Assembly: GCA_965205855.1 (NCBI GenBank)
Contig: OZ242184.1
Coordinates: 1,184,001 to 1,248,000, forward strand
Direction: 5' to 3'
Source of the DNA: Thermodesulfobacteriota bacterium
Lineage (GTDB): Bacteria; Desulfobacterota_D; UBA1144; Nemesobacterales; Mycalebacteriaceae
DNA length: 64,000 nucleotides
Under the pieces are notes generated by a model that saw nothing but the letters and a program-made list of their open reading frames with translations, ran no database searches and was not told the DNA's origin. Both the position numbers and the translations under genes were made by a program. Of the stretch, positions 1 to 9,080 are shown in pieces; within the stretch, counting starts at the first letter, position 1, and each line of letters opens with the position of its first letter.

Positions 1-692
1 TCACCCGTAAGCCCCACCATATCGTTGAAAACAAGAACCTGACCATCGCACTCGGCTCCCGAACCTATTCCTATTACCGGTATGTCAACACCGGAGGTTA
101 TACGGGACGCAAGCTCCGGCGGCACGCATTCAAGAAACAACATTGCCGCACCACTGTCCCGGCACCCAACCGCCATATCGTATATGTGCTGCGCGGACTG
201 CGGAGTGTTCCCCTGAACACCGTATCCGCCGAGAAGATTCACCGATTGCGGACACAACCCGATATGGGCCGCCACCGGTATTCCCGCATCGGTTATCCTG
301 CGAACCGTTTTTATATAGCGGCGTGCTCCCACCTCTATCTTCACGGATTCCGCCCCGGCTTTAAGAAGAATTCCGGCGTTTTTTACCGCTTCGCGATTGC
401 CCGCCTGATAAGAAAGAAAAGGCATATCGGCGCAAACGTGCGTAACCCTGACAGCCCCCGAGACAATGCGTGTATGATATTCCATGTCTCTCATCCGGAC
501 CGGAACGGTGCTTTCAAGTCCTTGTACCACATTGCCCAGAGAATCTCCCACAAGCACAACATCAACTCCGCAACCGTCAACGATGGATGCGACAGTCCAG
601 TCATACGCGGTTATGGCGACAATTTTGGACCCGTCCCTTTTTTTCCGCCTCAGATGAGTAATCCGTATCTTTTTTGTTTGAGCTTTTCCCAT
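1..692 (-). CDS. panB: 3-methyl-2-oxobutanoate hydroxymethyltransferase (partial, runs off left edge)
   Basis: Manual translation from ATG at 692: MGKAQTKKIRITHLRRKK..KIVAITAYD..VLVGDSLG..LECVP..IPVIGIGSG..DGQVLV, all PanB motifs. Not in the ORF track because it has no stop inside the window. Confidence 0.95.
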   Translation of the reverse strand, partial: MGKAQTKKIRITHLRRKKRDGSKIVAITAYDWTVASIVDGCGVDVVLVGDSLGNVVQGLESTVPVRMRDMEYHTRIVSGAVRVTHVCADMPFLSYQAGNREAVKNAGILLKAGAESVKIEVGARRYIKTVRRITDAGIPVAAHIGLCPQSVNLLGGYGVQGNTPQSAQHIYDMAVGCRDSGAAMLFLECVPPELASRITSGVDIPVIGIGSGAECDGQVLVFNDMVGLTG

Positions 693-750
693 GTTTACAA
701 GCCAACAGAAATCTAACAGGCAAAAGTGTGCAGGTAAATCCGCACGGAAG

Positions 751-778
751 TTGAAATTCAAACGCAGTAAAATATAAT
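751..778 (+). promoter_or_regulatory. sigma70-type promoter TTGAAA-16-TATAAT
   Basis: Near-consensus hexamers ending 9 nt before the ATG at 788. Confidence 0.6.
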
Positions 779-787
779 CGCTCTGCA

Positions 788-1984
788 ATGAAAAGGTCGA
801 GCGTACGGTGGAAATCACCCCTTATAGAAAGCCTTCCCGAATACATCTTCAACTCGGTGGATAAGCTGAAAAAAGGCGCGCGAGCAAATGGAGAAGACAT
901 AATTGATCTGGGAATGGGAAATCCCGACCGTCCCACTCCGCCCCATATAGTCGAAAAACTGACCGAAGCCGCGCTCAAACCGCGCAACCACCGCTACTCG
1001 GCGTCAGCGGGAATACCAAACTTGAGAAAAGCGGTGTGCGACTGGTACAAGAGAAAATTCAACGTAACACTCAACCCTGAAAAAGAGGCAGTCGCCACAA
1101 TGGGCATAAAGGAGGGAATATCCAACCTTATGCAATGCCTGCTGTCTCCGGGAGATTTTGTAATAGTACCGTCTCCGGCATATCCCATACACCCGTATTC
1201 TGTAACCATAGCCGGAGGCAAAATTATCACGGTTCCGATTACCTCCAACATGGATTCGTTTATTGACTCAATAGACAAAGCCGTACGCAAGGGACGCGGC
1301 AAAGTTAAAGCAATAATAATCTCGTTTCCGAACAACCCAACCACCGAGACCGCGGACATTGGGTTTTTCGAAAAAATAGTGGAGCTCGCGCGCAAAAAGG
1401 GAATTATAGTGATTCACGATTTTGCGTATGCGGAAGTGTGTTTTGACGGCTACACGCCTCCCAGCATAATGGAGGTGAAAGGGGCAAAAGAGGTTGCCGT
1501 TGAGTTCTATTCACTTTCAAAAACCTACAATATGCCGGGCTGGAGAGTCGGGTTTATGGTCGGCAATACGCAGATTGTCTCTTATTTGAAAAAACTTAAG
1601 AGTTATCTTGACTACGGAATCTTCCAGCCCATACAGATATCGTCCATTCTTGCCATGAACGGACCGCAAAAATGTGTTGAAGAGGTAAGAACAACCTATC
1701 AACTCCGGCGGGACAAGCTTATCAAGTCGTTCGCGAAATCAGGATGGGAAATTAAAACGCCCAAATCAACAATGTTCGTTTGGGCACAAATCCCTCAGCA
1801 GTTTAAAAAAATGGGCTCCCTTGAGTTTTCAAAGATGCTTATAAAAAAGGCCGGAGTCGCCTCGTCCCCAGGAGTCGGGTTCGGCAGGCACGGAGAGGGA
1901 TTTGTGAGGTTTGCTCTTGTGGAAAATGAAAAACGCATAGGACAGGCGGCACGCAATATAAAACGGGTTCTGGGCAAAGATTAG
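788..1984 (+). CDS. alaC: PLP-dependent class I/II aminotransferase (AlaC / LL-DAP aminotransferase-like)
   Basis: IIDLGMGNPD, FPNNPT, HDFAY, SLSKTYNMPGWRVG (PLP lysine), KSYLDYG, GFVRFAL. Confidence 0.8.
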   Translation: MKRSSVRWKSPLIESLPEYIFNSVDKLKKGARANGEDIIDLGMGNPDRPTPPHIVEKLTEAALKPRNHRYSASAGIPNLRKAVCDWYKRKFNVTLNPEKEAVATMGIKEGISNLMQCLLSPGDFVIVPSPAYPIHPYSVTIAGGKIITVPITSNMDSFIDSIDKAVRKGRGKVKAIIISFPNNPTTETADIGFFEKIVELARKKGIIVIHDFAYAEVCFDGYTPPSIMEVKGAKEVAVEFYSLSKTYNMPGWRVGFMVGNTQIVSYLKKLKSYLDYGIFQPIQISSILAMNGPQKCVEEVRTTYQLRRDKLIKSFAKSGWEIKTPKSTMFVWAQIPQQFKKMGSLEFSKMLIKKAGVASSPGVGFGRHGEGFVRFALVENEKRIGQAARNIKRVLGKD

Positions 1985-3828
1985 AACGCTTGTCCTACAT
2001 TCAGAAAAATCTGATACCGCCGCAGCCTCGGGTCGGGGTTGAGTGTATACCCGAAATCAAGCCCAATGGGAATTCCCACAAACTTGTATCTCAATCCCCC
2101 TCCAAGCGCGTATCTAAGGTCATCTATTTTGTAGTCAAAGCTCTTCGGAAACACATTTCCGTAATCAAGAAAAAACACCCCTCCCAGTTTTTGTCTGATG
2201 GGAAAACGTGCCTCAACGCTTCCGGTTATCAGAGAGTTTCCGCCCAGAGGATCTTCATTAAGGTCGAGCGGTCCGAGCCTTTGAAAGGAAAACCCTCTCA
2301 TACTTTTACTGCCGCCCGCGAACAACCTTGCGAACAGGGGAACATCCTGACGGCGGCTCCGTCCGAACGGTTCTATGAATCCCACCTGAATTTTTTTTGC
2401 AAACACAACACCGTAAAAATCTAGATACCCGGTCGTCTCAAAAACGGTTTTGACATATTCCCTCTCGGAACCCAGAAACGCTCCCGCAAGTTCGGTGTCA
2501 AAACTCGCGATGAAGCCACCCGAAGGGTCAATGACATTGCCGGTCCTCACGACCTCAAAACCGCCGGCAAGGGTAACAAGAAAGATATTTTCAAGACCGC
2601 GGGTGAAGTCCGTTTCAATCGCCTGCGACCTTATTTTGGAGCCAATCACGGTCGGGCCGAAATAGACTGAAAAAAGACCGTCCTTGAACCTTTTTTGGAG
2701 CTCGGAGGAAAAGACTAAAAAGTCCGCCTCGTAACTTGGAAAATCGTCTCTGCGAATATCAAAAATTAGAGAAAAATTTGAATCCTTCCCGAGGAAACCC
2801 GGTTGCCGGACGATAAGCGCCGCGACTTGCGAAGCAAAGGAGACTTTGGCGGAAACCTCAAGAGTTCTGTTCAAATTAAGAAAATTCCTGTTGATAATCC
2901 TCACCCGCCCGCGCAGTTTGTCCACCCTGCCTACGCCGGCTCCAAGCTGTAAAGTCATCGTCTTCCTTCTCACGGTTTTTATAACCGTGGAAACCGTTCG
3001 TGAATCCGTGTCAATTTCCGAAGTTATGGAAACCGTTTCAAAATAGCCGAGACCAACAAGCCGCCTTTGAGAATCAAAAACCTTTGACGGAGAACTTATA
3101 TCTCCGGTTTTGTAGGAAATGTTGTTGATAATCAAGCTTCGAAGTGCTTTATTGGATTCCGTGATTTCAATATCGCCGAAAGTGTATGTATCCCCCGGGT
3201 CAATTGTGAAAATTACCGAAACCCTCCTCTCCTTTCTGTCAATCTCCCCATTTGAATCAAGGTGAGCTTTTGCATACCCCATCTCAACCAAAGCGTTTTT
3301 GACAACTCCTTTGGCTTTTTTAAACCGTTGAATGGAAAACCTCTCACCGGAGCTGAGGGGAATTTCATCAAGGAGTTTCCGTATCTCAACCTGGTATTCG
3401 GGCTGGAAATAGCCCTTTATATCAAGAATCACCTCGGACACCAGCACGGGACGGTCAAGTCTTATGCTTATTTTTAGAGAGACGCCACCGTTGTTCTTTC
3501 CCCTTTTCGCGCGCCAGACCACGGAAGAATCGTAGTATCCGTTGCCGGCAAGAAACTGCCGGAGATACTCAATGTTTCTCTCAACCTTCAAGCTGTCGAA
3601 TTCGGGACTCTCCTTCCAGAAAGAAAACCTTCCGGGCGGAACAACCTCCGAAATCACACTTTTTATCTCTTTAAGGCTAATCTCCCCGTTCCCAGTAACG
3701 GAAAGACCGGATATTAAAGCTCTATCTCCGGCAACAGACGTTGCTGGGAAAAACAGAAAACAACAAATCAGGAATAATGAAAACGAAATCCCGCGCATGT
3801 TTCCCAACGAAACAACGTGAGTGAACAT
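1981..3828 (-). CDS. Omp85 family (TamA/BamA-like) outer membrane protein with POTRA domains
   Basis: Signal peptide, POTRA-like segments (GYY, GYA, LGYF), RLFAGGSKSMRGF motif, C-terminal GQAF. Confidence 0.85.
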   Translation of the reverse strand: MFTHVVSLGNMRGISFSLFLICCFLFFPATSVAGDRALISGLSVTGNGEISLKEIKSVISEVVPPGRFSFWKESPEFDSLKVERNIEYLRQFLAGNGYYDSSVVWRAKRGKNNGGVSLKISIRLDRPVLVSEVILDIKGYFQPEYQVEIRKLLDEIPLSSGERFSIQRFKKAKGVVKNALVEMGYAKAHLDSNGEIDRKERRVSVIFTIDPGDTYTFGDIEITESNKALRSLIINNISYKTGDISSPSKVFDSQRRLVGLGYFETVSITSEIDTDSRTVSTVIKTVRRKTMTLQLGAGVGRVDKLRGRVRIINRNFLNLNRTLEVSAKVSFASQVAALIVRQPGFLGKDSNFSLIFDIRRDDFPSYEADFLVFSSELQKRFKDGLFSVYFGPTVIGSKIRSQAIETDFTRGLENIFLVTLAGGFEVVRTGNVIDPSGGFIASFDTELAGAFLGSEREYVKTVFETTGYLDFYGVVFAKKIQVGFIEPFGRSRRQDVPLFARLFAGGSKSMRGFSFQRLGPLDLNEDPLGGNSLITGSVEARFPIRQKLGGVFFLDYGNVFPKSFDYKIDDLRYALGGGLRYKFVGIPIGLDFGYTLNPDPRLRRYQIFLNVGQAF

Positions 3829-3844
3829 TGGGGAATCACTCCCC

Positions 3845-4921
3845 TTACTGCCCTTTCAATATGTCATATCCCGTGATTGACATACTTTTATCAGCCATTG
3901 TTTCAACATATTCAGCGCTAACCATACCGGCGTTGAGGGCTTTTGAAATTCTCATAAGAGCAATCTTCGCAGTCGCTTCATCAACCATCTGACCGGTTTC
4001 CGGGTCAAACATGCTTCCGCCTCCCTGTTTGTGGTAAAAGTCCAATTGGTGCTTTGCTTCCTCTATCTGTTTCTCCGTGGGGCTGAACAATTTGTTCGCT
4101 ATGCCAGCCTGTTGCGGATGAATCACCCATGTCCCGTCCATTCCGATTTCCGCCGAACCGGCGCACTTTTTTGCAAGCCCGCTCTCAACAAGTTCGACGG
4201 TTTCGGGCTTGTCGTCTTTACGCCAGATTCTCAGATAAACATTGTCTATCGCGTGAAGACCGGCCGCTTTTGCGGCGGTAACAACCGCCTTTTTTTCATA
4301 GTAGAAAATATCATTCTGCCTGTCCAGCAAGAGGTCCGGGTCAAGACCCAGTTCGGCAGCGTAATCGGCTATTCCGAAAACAAGACCCGCCATTCTTGGA
4401 GACGCAATCGCTATCTCATACGCGTATTTCAGCGCTCGCGGACGCTCAATCAACGCCTCTATCGCTACCTTTGTTTTCCAGCCGTGCTTTTTTTCAAGAT
4501 TGTCCAGCAGGTCGGAAACAATTTTTATATCCTCGGGCCCGTTCGATTTGGGAACTATGACTCCGTGGAATTTGTCCACCGCGCCACTCATAACCGCCTC
4601 AATATCCCCTTTGAAGAAATCCGAGCGTACATTGTTCGGGCGGACGGTTATAACCTTTGAACCAAAATCAAGGGTGTTGAGCGCTTCAACCATCACCTCT
4701 CTGCTCTTGTCTCCCTTGAACTCGTAGGGACACGCATCTTCAAGGTCTGCCATCACGTGGTCAACCGGCGCCTTCGCCTTGTCAGCGGCGTTTGTGTGAA
4801 GTTTCATGTTGTGCCCCGGATAAGTCAGCTCCGTCCTTGGAACCACAACCCTTGAGCCATTGTCTAATACAAACATTTTATTCCTCCTTACTACGGTTAA
4901 AAATGAATCAGTAAATTTCAA
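3845..4921 (-). CDS. mcl: CitE/HpcH family CoA-ester lyase, probably malyl-CoA/beta-methylmalyl-CoA lyase
   Basis: DLEDA, VRPN, IVPK, ALIE, SPRMAGLVFGIADYAA, GMDGTWVIHPQQ; overlaps the mcd-like gene. Confidence 0.7.
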   Translation of the reverse strand: MKFTDSFLTVVRRNKMFVLDNGSRVVVPRTELTYPGHNMKLHTNAADKAKAPVDHVMADLEDACPYEFKGDKSREVMVEALNTLDFGSKVITVRPNNVRSDFFKGDIEAVMSGAVDKFHGVIVPKSNGPEDIKIVSDLLDNLEKKHGWKTKVAIEALIERPRALKYAYEIAIASPRMAGLVFGIADYAAELGLDPDLLLDRQNDIFYYEKKAVVTAAKAAGLHAIDNVYLRIWRKDDKPETVELVESGLAKKCAGSAEIGMDGTWVIHPQQAGIANKLFSPTEKQIEEAKHQLDFYHKQGGGSMFDPETGQMVDEATAKIALMRISKALNAGMVSAEYVETMADKSMSITGYDILKGQ

Positions 4922-6074
4922 GAAGCCTTCTGGCTATTACTTCATGTTGTATCTCGCTTGTGCCCTCAAATATACTGAACACCCTTGCGTCCCGCCAGAA
5001 TCTTTCCATCGGATATTCCTCTGAATATCCGTAACTGCCGAATATCTGCATAGCCTCTCTGGTTACAAACTCCGCCATCTCCGCGCCTTTTGCCTTGGCT
5101 ATTCCGGCTTCAAGGTCACATCTTTTTCCGCTGTCCTTCTTCTCTGCGGCAACATACGTAAGGTTGCGTGCCGCTTCAAGCTCAACCGCCATTTCTGACA
5201 GTTTGTGCCGTATTATCTGAAAATCGCTTATGGACTGACCGAACTGTCTGCGCTCTTTCGCGTATTTTATTCCCGCCTCAAAAGCCGCCTGACCCACCCC
5301 GACAGCCCTTGCCGCCGTCTGTATCCTTGCCGCCTCAAATGTTGTCATAAGGTGGTAAAAACCTTTACCTTCCTCCATGCCGAGAAGATTTTCCGCGGGA
5401 ACCCTGCACTCATCAAAACTCACGGTGAACGATTTCATTCCGTGGTAGCCGATTGTCGGTATTGGCCCGCCGGAAATGTTCGGGTTATCAAGATTTTCGG
5501 ACGGCTCCTTTTCAACTAGAAATATGCTGAGCCCCTTGTGTCTTTTGGACATATCCGGGTCGGTACGGGCAAGCACGGTGAGTATGTTCGCCCTGTTTGC
5601 GAAAGTGCACCAGGTTTTTTCTCCGTGCAGTATGTAATGGTCACCGTCTTTTGTCGCTCTGAGGTTGACTCCGGCCAAATTCGAACCGTTGTCGGGTTCG
5701 GTAAAAGCGGCGGCGGACATAAGCTTGGCGCTCGCAATTCCCGGAAGAAACCTCTTCTTCTGCTCTTCCGTTCCGCCGTTTTGCAAAAGTGTTCCGGTAA
5801 TAATATTTCTTGTCATAACGCTTCCGGCGCTAAGTAATCCTCTGCTTAACTCTTCGGCGACTATGGACATACTCACATAATCCAGCCCGACCCCGCCGTA
5901 TTCTTCGGGAAATACCATCCCAAAATATCCAAGCTTTCCCATCTCTTCAATGATTTCCTGCGGTATTTCTTTGTTGTTATGGTGTATGTCCGCCGCAATG
6001 GGAACAATTTTTTCCTCTGTGAATTTCCTCACCGACTGTCTTATCTCTTCGTGTTCACTGGTGCATAAAGGCAT
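4908..6074 (-). CDS. mcd: Acyl-CoA dehydrogenase, (2S)-methylsuccinyl-CoA dehydrogenase-like (short form)
   Basis: EELSRG, FTEP..GS, SGGPIPTIGYHGMK, FEAARIQTAARAVG and IFEG resemble Mcd. Start placed at ATG 6074 after GGGAG. Confidence 0.7.
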   Translation of the reverse strand: MPLCTSEHEEIRQSVRKFTEEKIVPIAADIHHNNKEIPQEIIEEMGKLGYFGMVFPEEYGGVGLDYVSMSIVAEELSRGLLSAGSVMTRNIITGTLLQNGGTEEQKKRFLPGIASAKLMSAAAFTEPDNGSNLAGVNLRATKDGDHYILHGEKTWCTFANRANILTVLARTDPDMSKRHKGLSIFLVEKEPSENLDNPNISGGPIPTIGYHGMKSFTVSFDECRVPAENLLGMEEGKGFYHLMTTFEAARIQTAARAVGVGQAAFEAGIKYAKERRQFGQSISDFQIIRHKLSEMAVELEAARNLTYVAAEKKDSGKRCDLEAGIAKAKGAEMAEFVTREAMQIFGSYGYSEEYPMERFWRDARVFSIFEGTSEIQHEVIARRLLEIY

Positions 6075-6187
6075 TTCGCTTTTCTCCCTTAACCCTTTGA
6101 ATGATTTTCTGATTTTGCTTTTGACCGAATAAGCGGAAAAACAGGCAATATGAAACCTGAACAACTCGCTTTGTCAACATGAAATGC

Positions 6188-6814
6188 TCAATCTCCTTTT
6201 GCCTCATATATCAAATACTTTATCTCTTCCCCCTGTTTTCTGAATATTTTTTCAAATCTGGTCGGAGGCCTGCCCTTTGGATATGAAAGCAGGGGGGTTC
6301 CCGCGCACAGGTTTCGGAACTCATTTGAGCCGTCAAGGGTCTCCGCCGCGAGGGTCATATATTCATCGTGGTCGCTCGCAATTTCAAGACGACCGCCTGT
6401 TTTTGCGACAAAGCCGAGAAGCGAAATAAAATCGCGATTGATAATTCTGTGTTTCCGGTGTCTATCTTTTGGCCACGGGTCGGGAAAGTTTATGTATATA
6501 CGGTCAAAGGTTTCTGCGGCAAAGAGTCTAGCGGCGAGAATGCAGTCCATATGAACAAACTTCAGATTTCCCGTGCCGCTTTGTTTCGCGGTTTTCACGG
6601 CCTTGCCGAAACGCCCCGCTTTAATCTCAACTCCGAGGTGGTTGAAATTCGGCATCAGACGTGAGAGTTCAAACAGAAACTCCCCGTTTCCGCATCCGAT
6701 ATCCAGAGTCAGAGGCTTTGAATTGCCGAAAACGGTTTCCTTGTGCAGAGGCGGAAGATACTCCGAAACATCAAAAGCCGCGGAATCCGTGTAACCTTTG
6801 CCCCGTAAACTCAT
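6188..6814 (-). CDS. trmB: tRNA (guanine-N7)-methyltransferase
   Basis: LDIGCGNGEF, INFPDPWPKDRHRKHR, ASDH, TRFEK. Confidence 0.93.
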   Translation of the reverse strand: MSLRGKGYTDSAAFDVSEYLPPLHKETVFGNSKPLTLDIGCGNGEFLFELSRLMPNFNHLGVEIKAGRFGKAVKTAKQSGTGNLKFVHMDCILAARLFAAETFDRIYINFPDPWPKDRHRKHRIINRDFISLLGFVAKTGGRLEIASDHDEYMTLAAETLDGSNEFRNLCAGTPLLSYPKGRPPTRFEKIFRKQGEEIKYLIYEAKGD

Positions 6815-7893
6815 AGAAGGTCTTCTTTGACGACGGCGCTGTGTCTCCTGTCAAACACCGCAATCTCCCCTATGCGGCAAGGCAAAGACATCTCCACATT
6901 GCCCGCGCGAACTTTCTTGTCAAGTTTCATAGTCTCAAAAAGCTGCCGCTTTTCCATATCCGCGGGCAATTCCACGGGCAGCCCCGCAGCTTTGATAATT
7001 TGTTCGATTCTCCGGTTCTCGCATTCACTCAAAAGACTCATATTTTTTGCTATGCGCGCCTCAGCAACCATTCCAACCGCCACGGCACGACCGTGGGATA
7101 TTGAATAATTTGAAAGTTTTTCAACCGCATGACCAACCGTGTGTCCAAAATTGAGTATCTTCCTCAGGTCGCTTTCCTTCTCGTCTTTTTCAACAATATC
7201 GGCTTTTATTGAGCAACTTCTCTCCACTATATGGAAAATGAGACTCTCATCCCCTTTGAGAATTCCGTCCAGATTTTTCTCAAGAAATTCAAACAACTCC
7301 AGATCTTTGATGACTCCGTATTTGATAACCTCGGCAAGACCCTCAACTATCGCGGAACTTTCCAGCGTGGAGAGAAGCCCTATGTCCGCATACACTGCAA
7401 CCGGTTGGTGAAAAGCGCCGATAAGATTTTTTCCGGCCGGTGTGTCAACACCCGTTTTTCCACCGACCGCGCTGTCCACACTGGCGACAAGAGTTGTGGG
7501 AATTTGAACATACGGCACTCCCCTGCAGTATGTCGCCGCGACAAATCCGGCAAGGTCTCCCGTAACCCCGCCCCCGAGAGCGACTACGGCGCAGTCCCTT
7601 CCGATGAGGGCACTCTGCATCATATCTTCAATATTCCGTTTGGTCTCCCTTGTTTTATTGATTTCTCCGGCGGGAAACTGAAAAAGATTCGTACGGGAAA
7701 CACGTTTTTTCAGTTCAGACATAAGCGCGGGAGCATGGATGCGCGCCACATTTGAATCCGCAATCACAGCCCAGCAATCTATGCCGCCAATCGCGGCGAG
7801 CTCTTCGGCAATAAAAGGGAAAAGCTCTTTGCCAATCTTGATTTTGTGCGAAAACGCACCCGTAGAGACTTCTATTTCCGCTTTCAGGAGCAT
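6811..7893 (-). CDS. aroB: 3-dehydroquinate synthase
   Basis: GGGVTGDLAGF, PTTL..VDSAVGGKTG, KNLIGAFHQP, LNFGHTVGHA. Confidence 0.96.
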   Translation of the reverse strand: MLLKAEIEVSTGAFSHKIKIGKELFPFIAEELAAIGGIDCWAVIADSNVARIHAPALMSELKKRVSRTNLFQFPAGEINKTRETKRNIEDMMQSALIGRDCAVVALGGGVTGDLAGFVAATYCRGVPYVQIPTTLVASVDSAVGGKTGVDTPAGKNLIGAFHQPVAVYADIGLLSTLESSAIVEGLAEVIKYGVIKDLELFEFLEKNLDGILKGDESLIFHIVERSCSIKADIVEKDEKESDLRKILNFGHTVGHAVEKLSNYSISHGRAVAVGMVAEARIAKNMSLLSECENRRIEQIIKAAGLPVELPADMEKRQLFETMKLDKKVRAGNVEMSLPCRIGEIAVFDRRHSAVVKEDLL

Positions 7894-7905
7894 CTGAGAA
7901 AAATC

Positions 7906-8424
7906 TCAAACTTCAAATTTAAGGACCGACAAAACTGGGTCTTCAAGTTTCAAAGCTCCTTTAAGTCCGGTGAGTTCAATGAAAAAGACATACCCTGCAA
8001 CCAAACCCCCGACACCTTTTACGAGATTCCCCGCCGCCTCCGCCGTACCTCCCGTGGCAAGCAGGTCGTCAACAATCAGAACTCTTTTTCCCTTTTCAAT
8101 GCAACCCCTGTGTATTTCAAGCGAATTCTGCCCGTATTCAAGGTCGTAAGATGCAGATTGGGTCGCACGGGGAAGTTTTCCCGGCTTTCTTATCAAAATC
8201 ATACCCTTGCGCATTTTGGAACACAACGCGGACGCAAAGATAAACCCTCTTGACTCTATGGCGGCAATAGCGTCAATCTCAATGTTCTCAACCAGAACAA
8301 GCATCTGATCAATTGCTTCGGAGAAAGCCGATTCATTCTCAAGAAGAGGGGTTATATCGTAAAATAATATGCCTTTTTTCGGGAAGTCCTGAACATCCCG
8401 AACATAGTTCTCAATTTTAATCAT
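7906..8424 (-). CDS. apt: Adenine phosphoribosyltransferase
   Basis: [38 protein letters not shown]. Confidence 0.97.
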   Translation of the reverse strand: MIKIENYVRDVQDFPKKGILFYDITPLLENESAFSEAIDQMLVLVENIEIDAIAAIESRGFIFASALCSKMRKGMILIRKPGKLPRATQSASYDLEYGQNSLEIHRGCIEKGKRVLIVDDLLATGGTAEAAGNLVKGVGGLVAGYVFFIELTGLKGALKLEDPVLSVLKFEV

Positions 8425-8450
8425 ATATCTCGGTTATTATAACACAGATT

Positions 8451-9068
8451 ATGAGTTGTCATTCCGACCGTAGAGTCTCCGGATGCGGCGTAACCGGCCT
8501 TGTTGCGGTTCTTGCCCTGCTTGTTGTTTTCGGGGTTTCCAAATCCGCAGCGGCAGATTCTCTGATGGGATTTGACTTTAATCTGTCTTCAAAACACACC
8601 CTTGAAAAAACCCGCGACATGGGACTTGAAATCCTTAAAGAAAGCAAGGAAAAAGATTCAAGAAAAGAAATGCTTTTCAAGGGAAAACCGCCCGCAGTTC
8701 CGAAGGTCGGAAAGGAAACGGAAACAAAAGTTGTTTTCTTCGGCGACAGAATTGAAACCGTAACACTGCTTGCCCGTGACGTGGACGAACCGGAAGCGCT
8801 TGCCGTTGAGAAGTTTGTGGAGGACAGATACGGGAAGCCTGACGCATACGAGGAAATTTTTTCCTTTACGGTAAAATCATGGAGCCTTCCGGATACAAAA
8901 GTGGTTCTCAGTCGCTCAAACGGAGGAATTCTGAAACTTGCACAAACAAATTTGCGGATAAGAAAAAAGAGACACGAAAGAGAAATCACAAGGAAAAAAA
9001 ACAAAGAGAAAAGACATCCCGTTCAAAAGATGATTGACGGCGATTACTCAAAGCCAGACTACAAGTAA
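8451..9068 (+). CDS. Hypothetical exported protein
   Basis: 205-aa ORF filling the gap between apt and ecm; hydrophobic N-terminal signal ending AAA-D; basic C-terminus. Confidence 0.7.
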   Translation: MSCHSDRRVSGCGVTGLVAVLALLVVFGVSKSAAADSLMGFDFNLSSKHTLEKTRDMGLEILKESKEKDSRKEMLFKGKPPAVPKVGKETETKVVFFGDRIETVTLLARDVDEPEALAVEKFVEDRYGKPDAYEEIFSFTVKSWSLPDTKVVLSRSNGGILKLAQTNLRIRKKRHEREITRKKNKEKRHPVQKMIDGDYSKPDYK

Positions 9069-9080
9069 CCGCAATCCTTA

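Noticed and set aside
186-716. 176-aa plus-strand ORF and similar long antisense ORFs (e.g. 36165-37037, 43441-44196, 62659-63513)
   Set aside because: They overlap well-supported genes on the opposite strand (panB, GT fusion, serA, CoA ligase) and carry no motifs.
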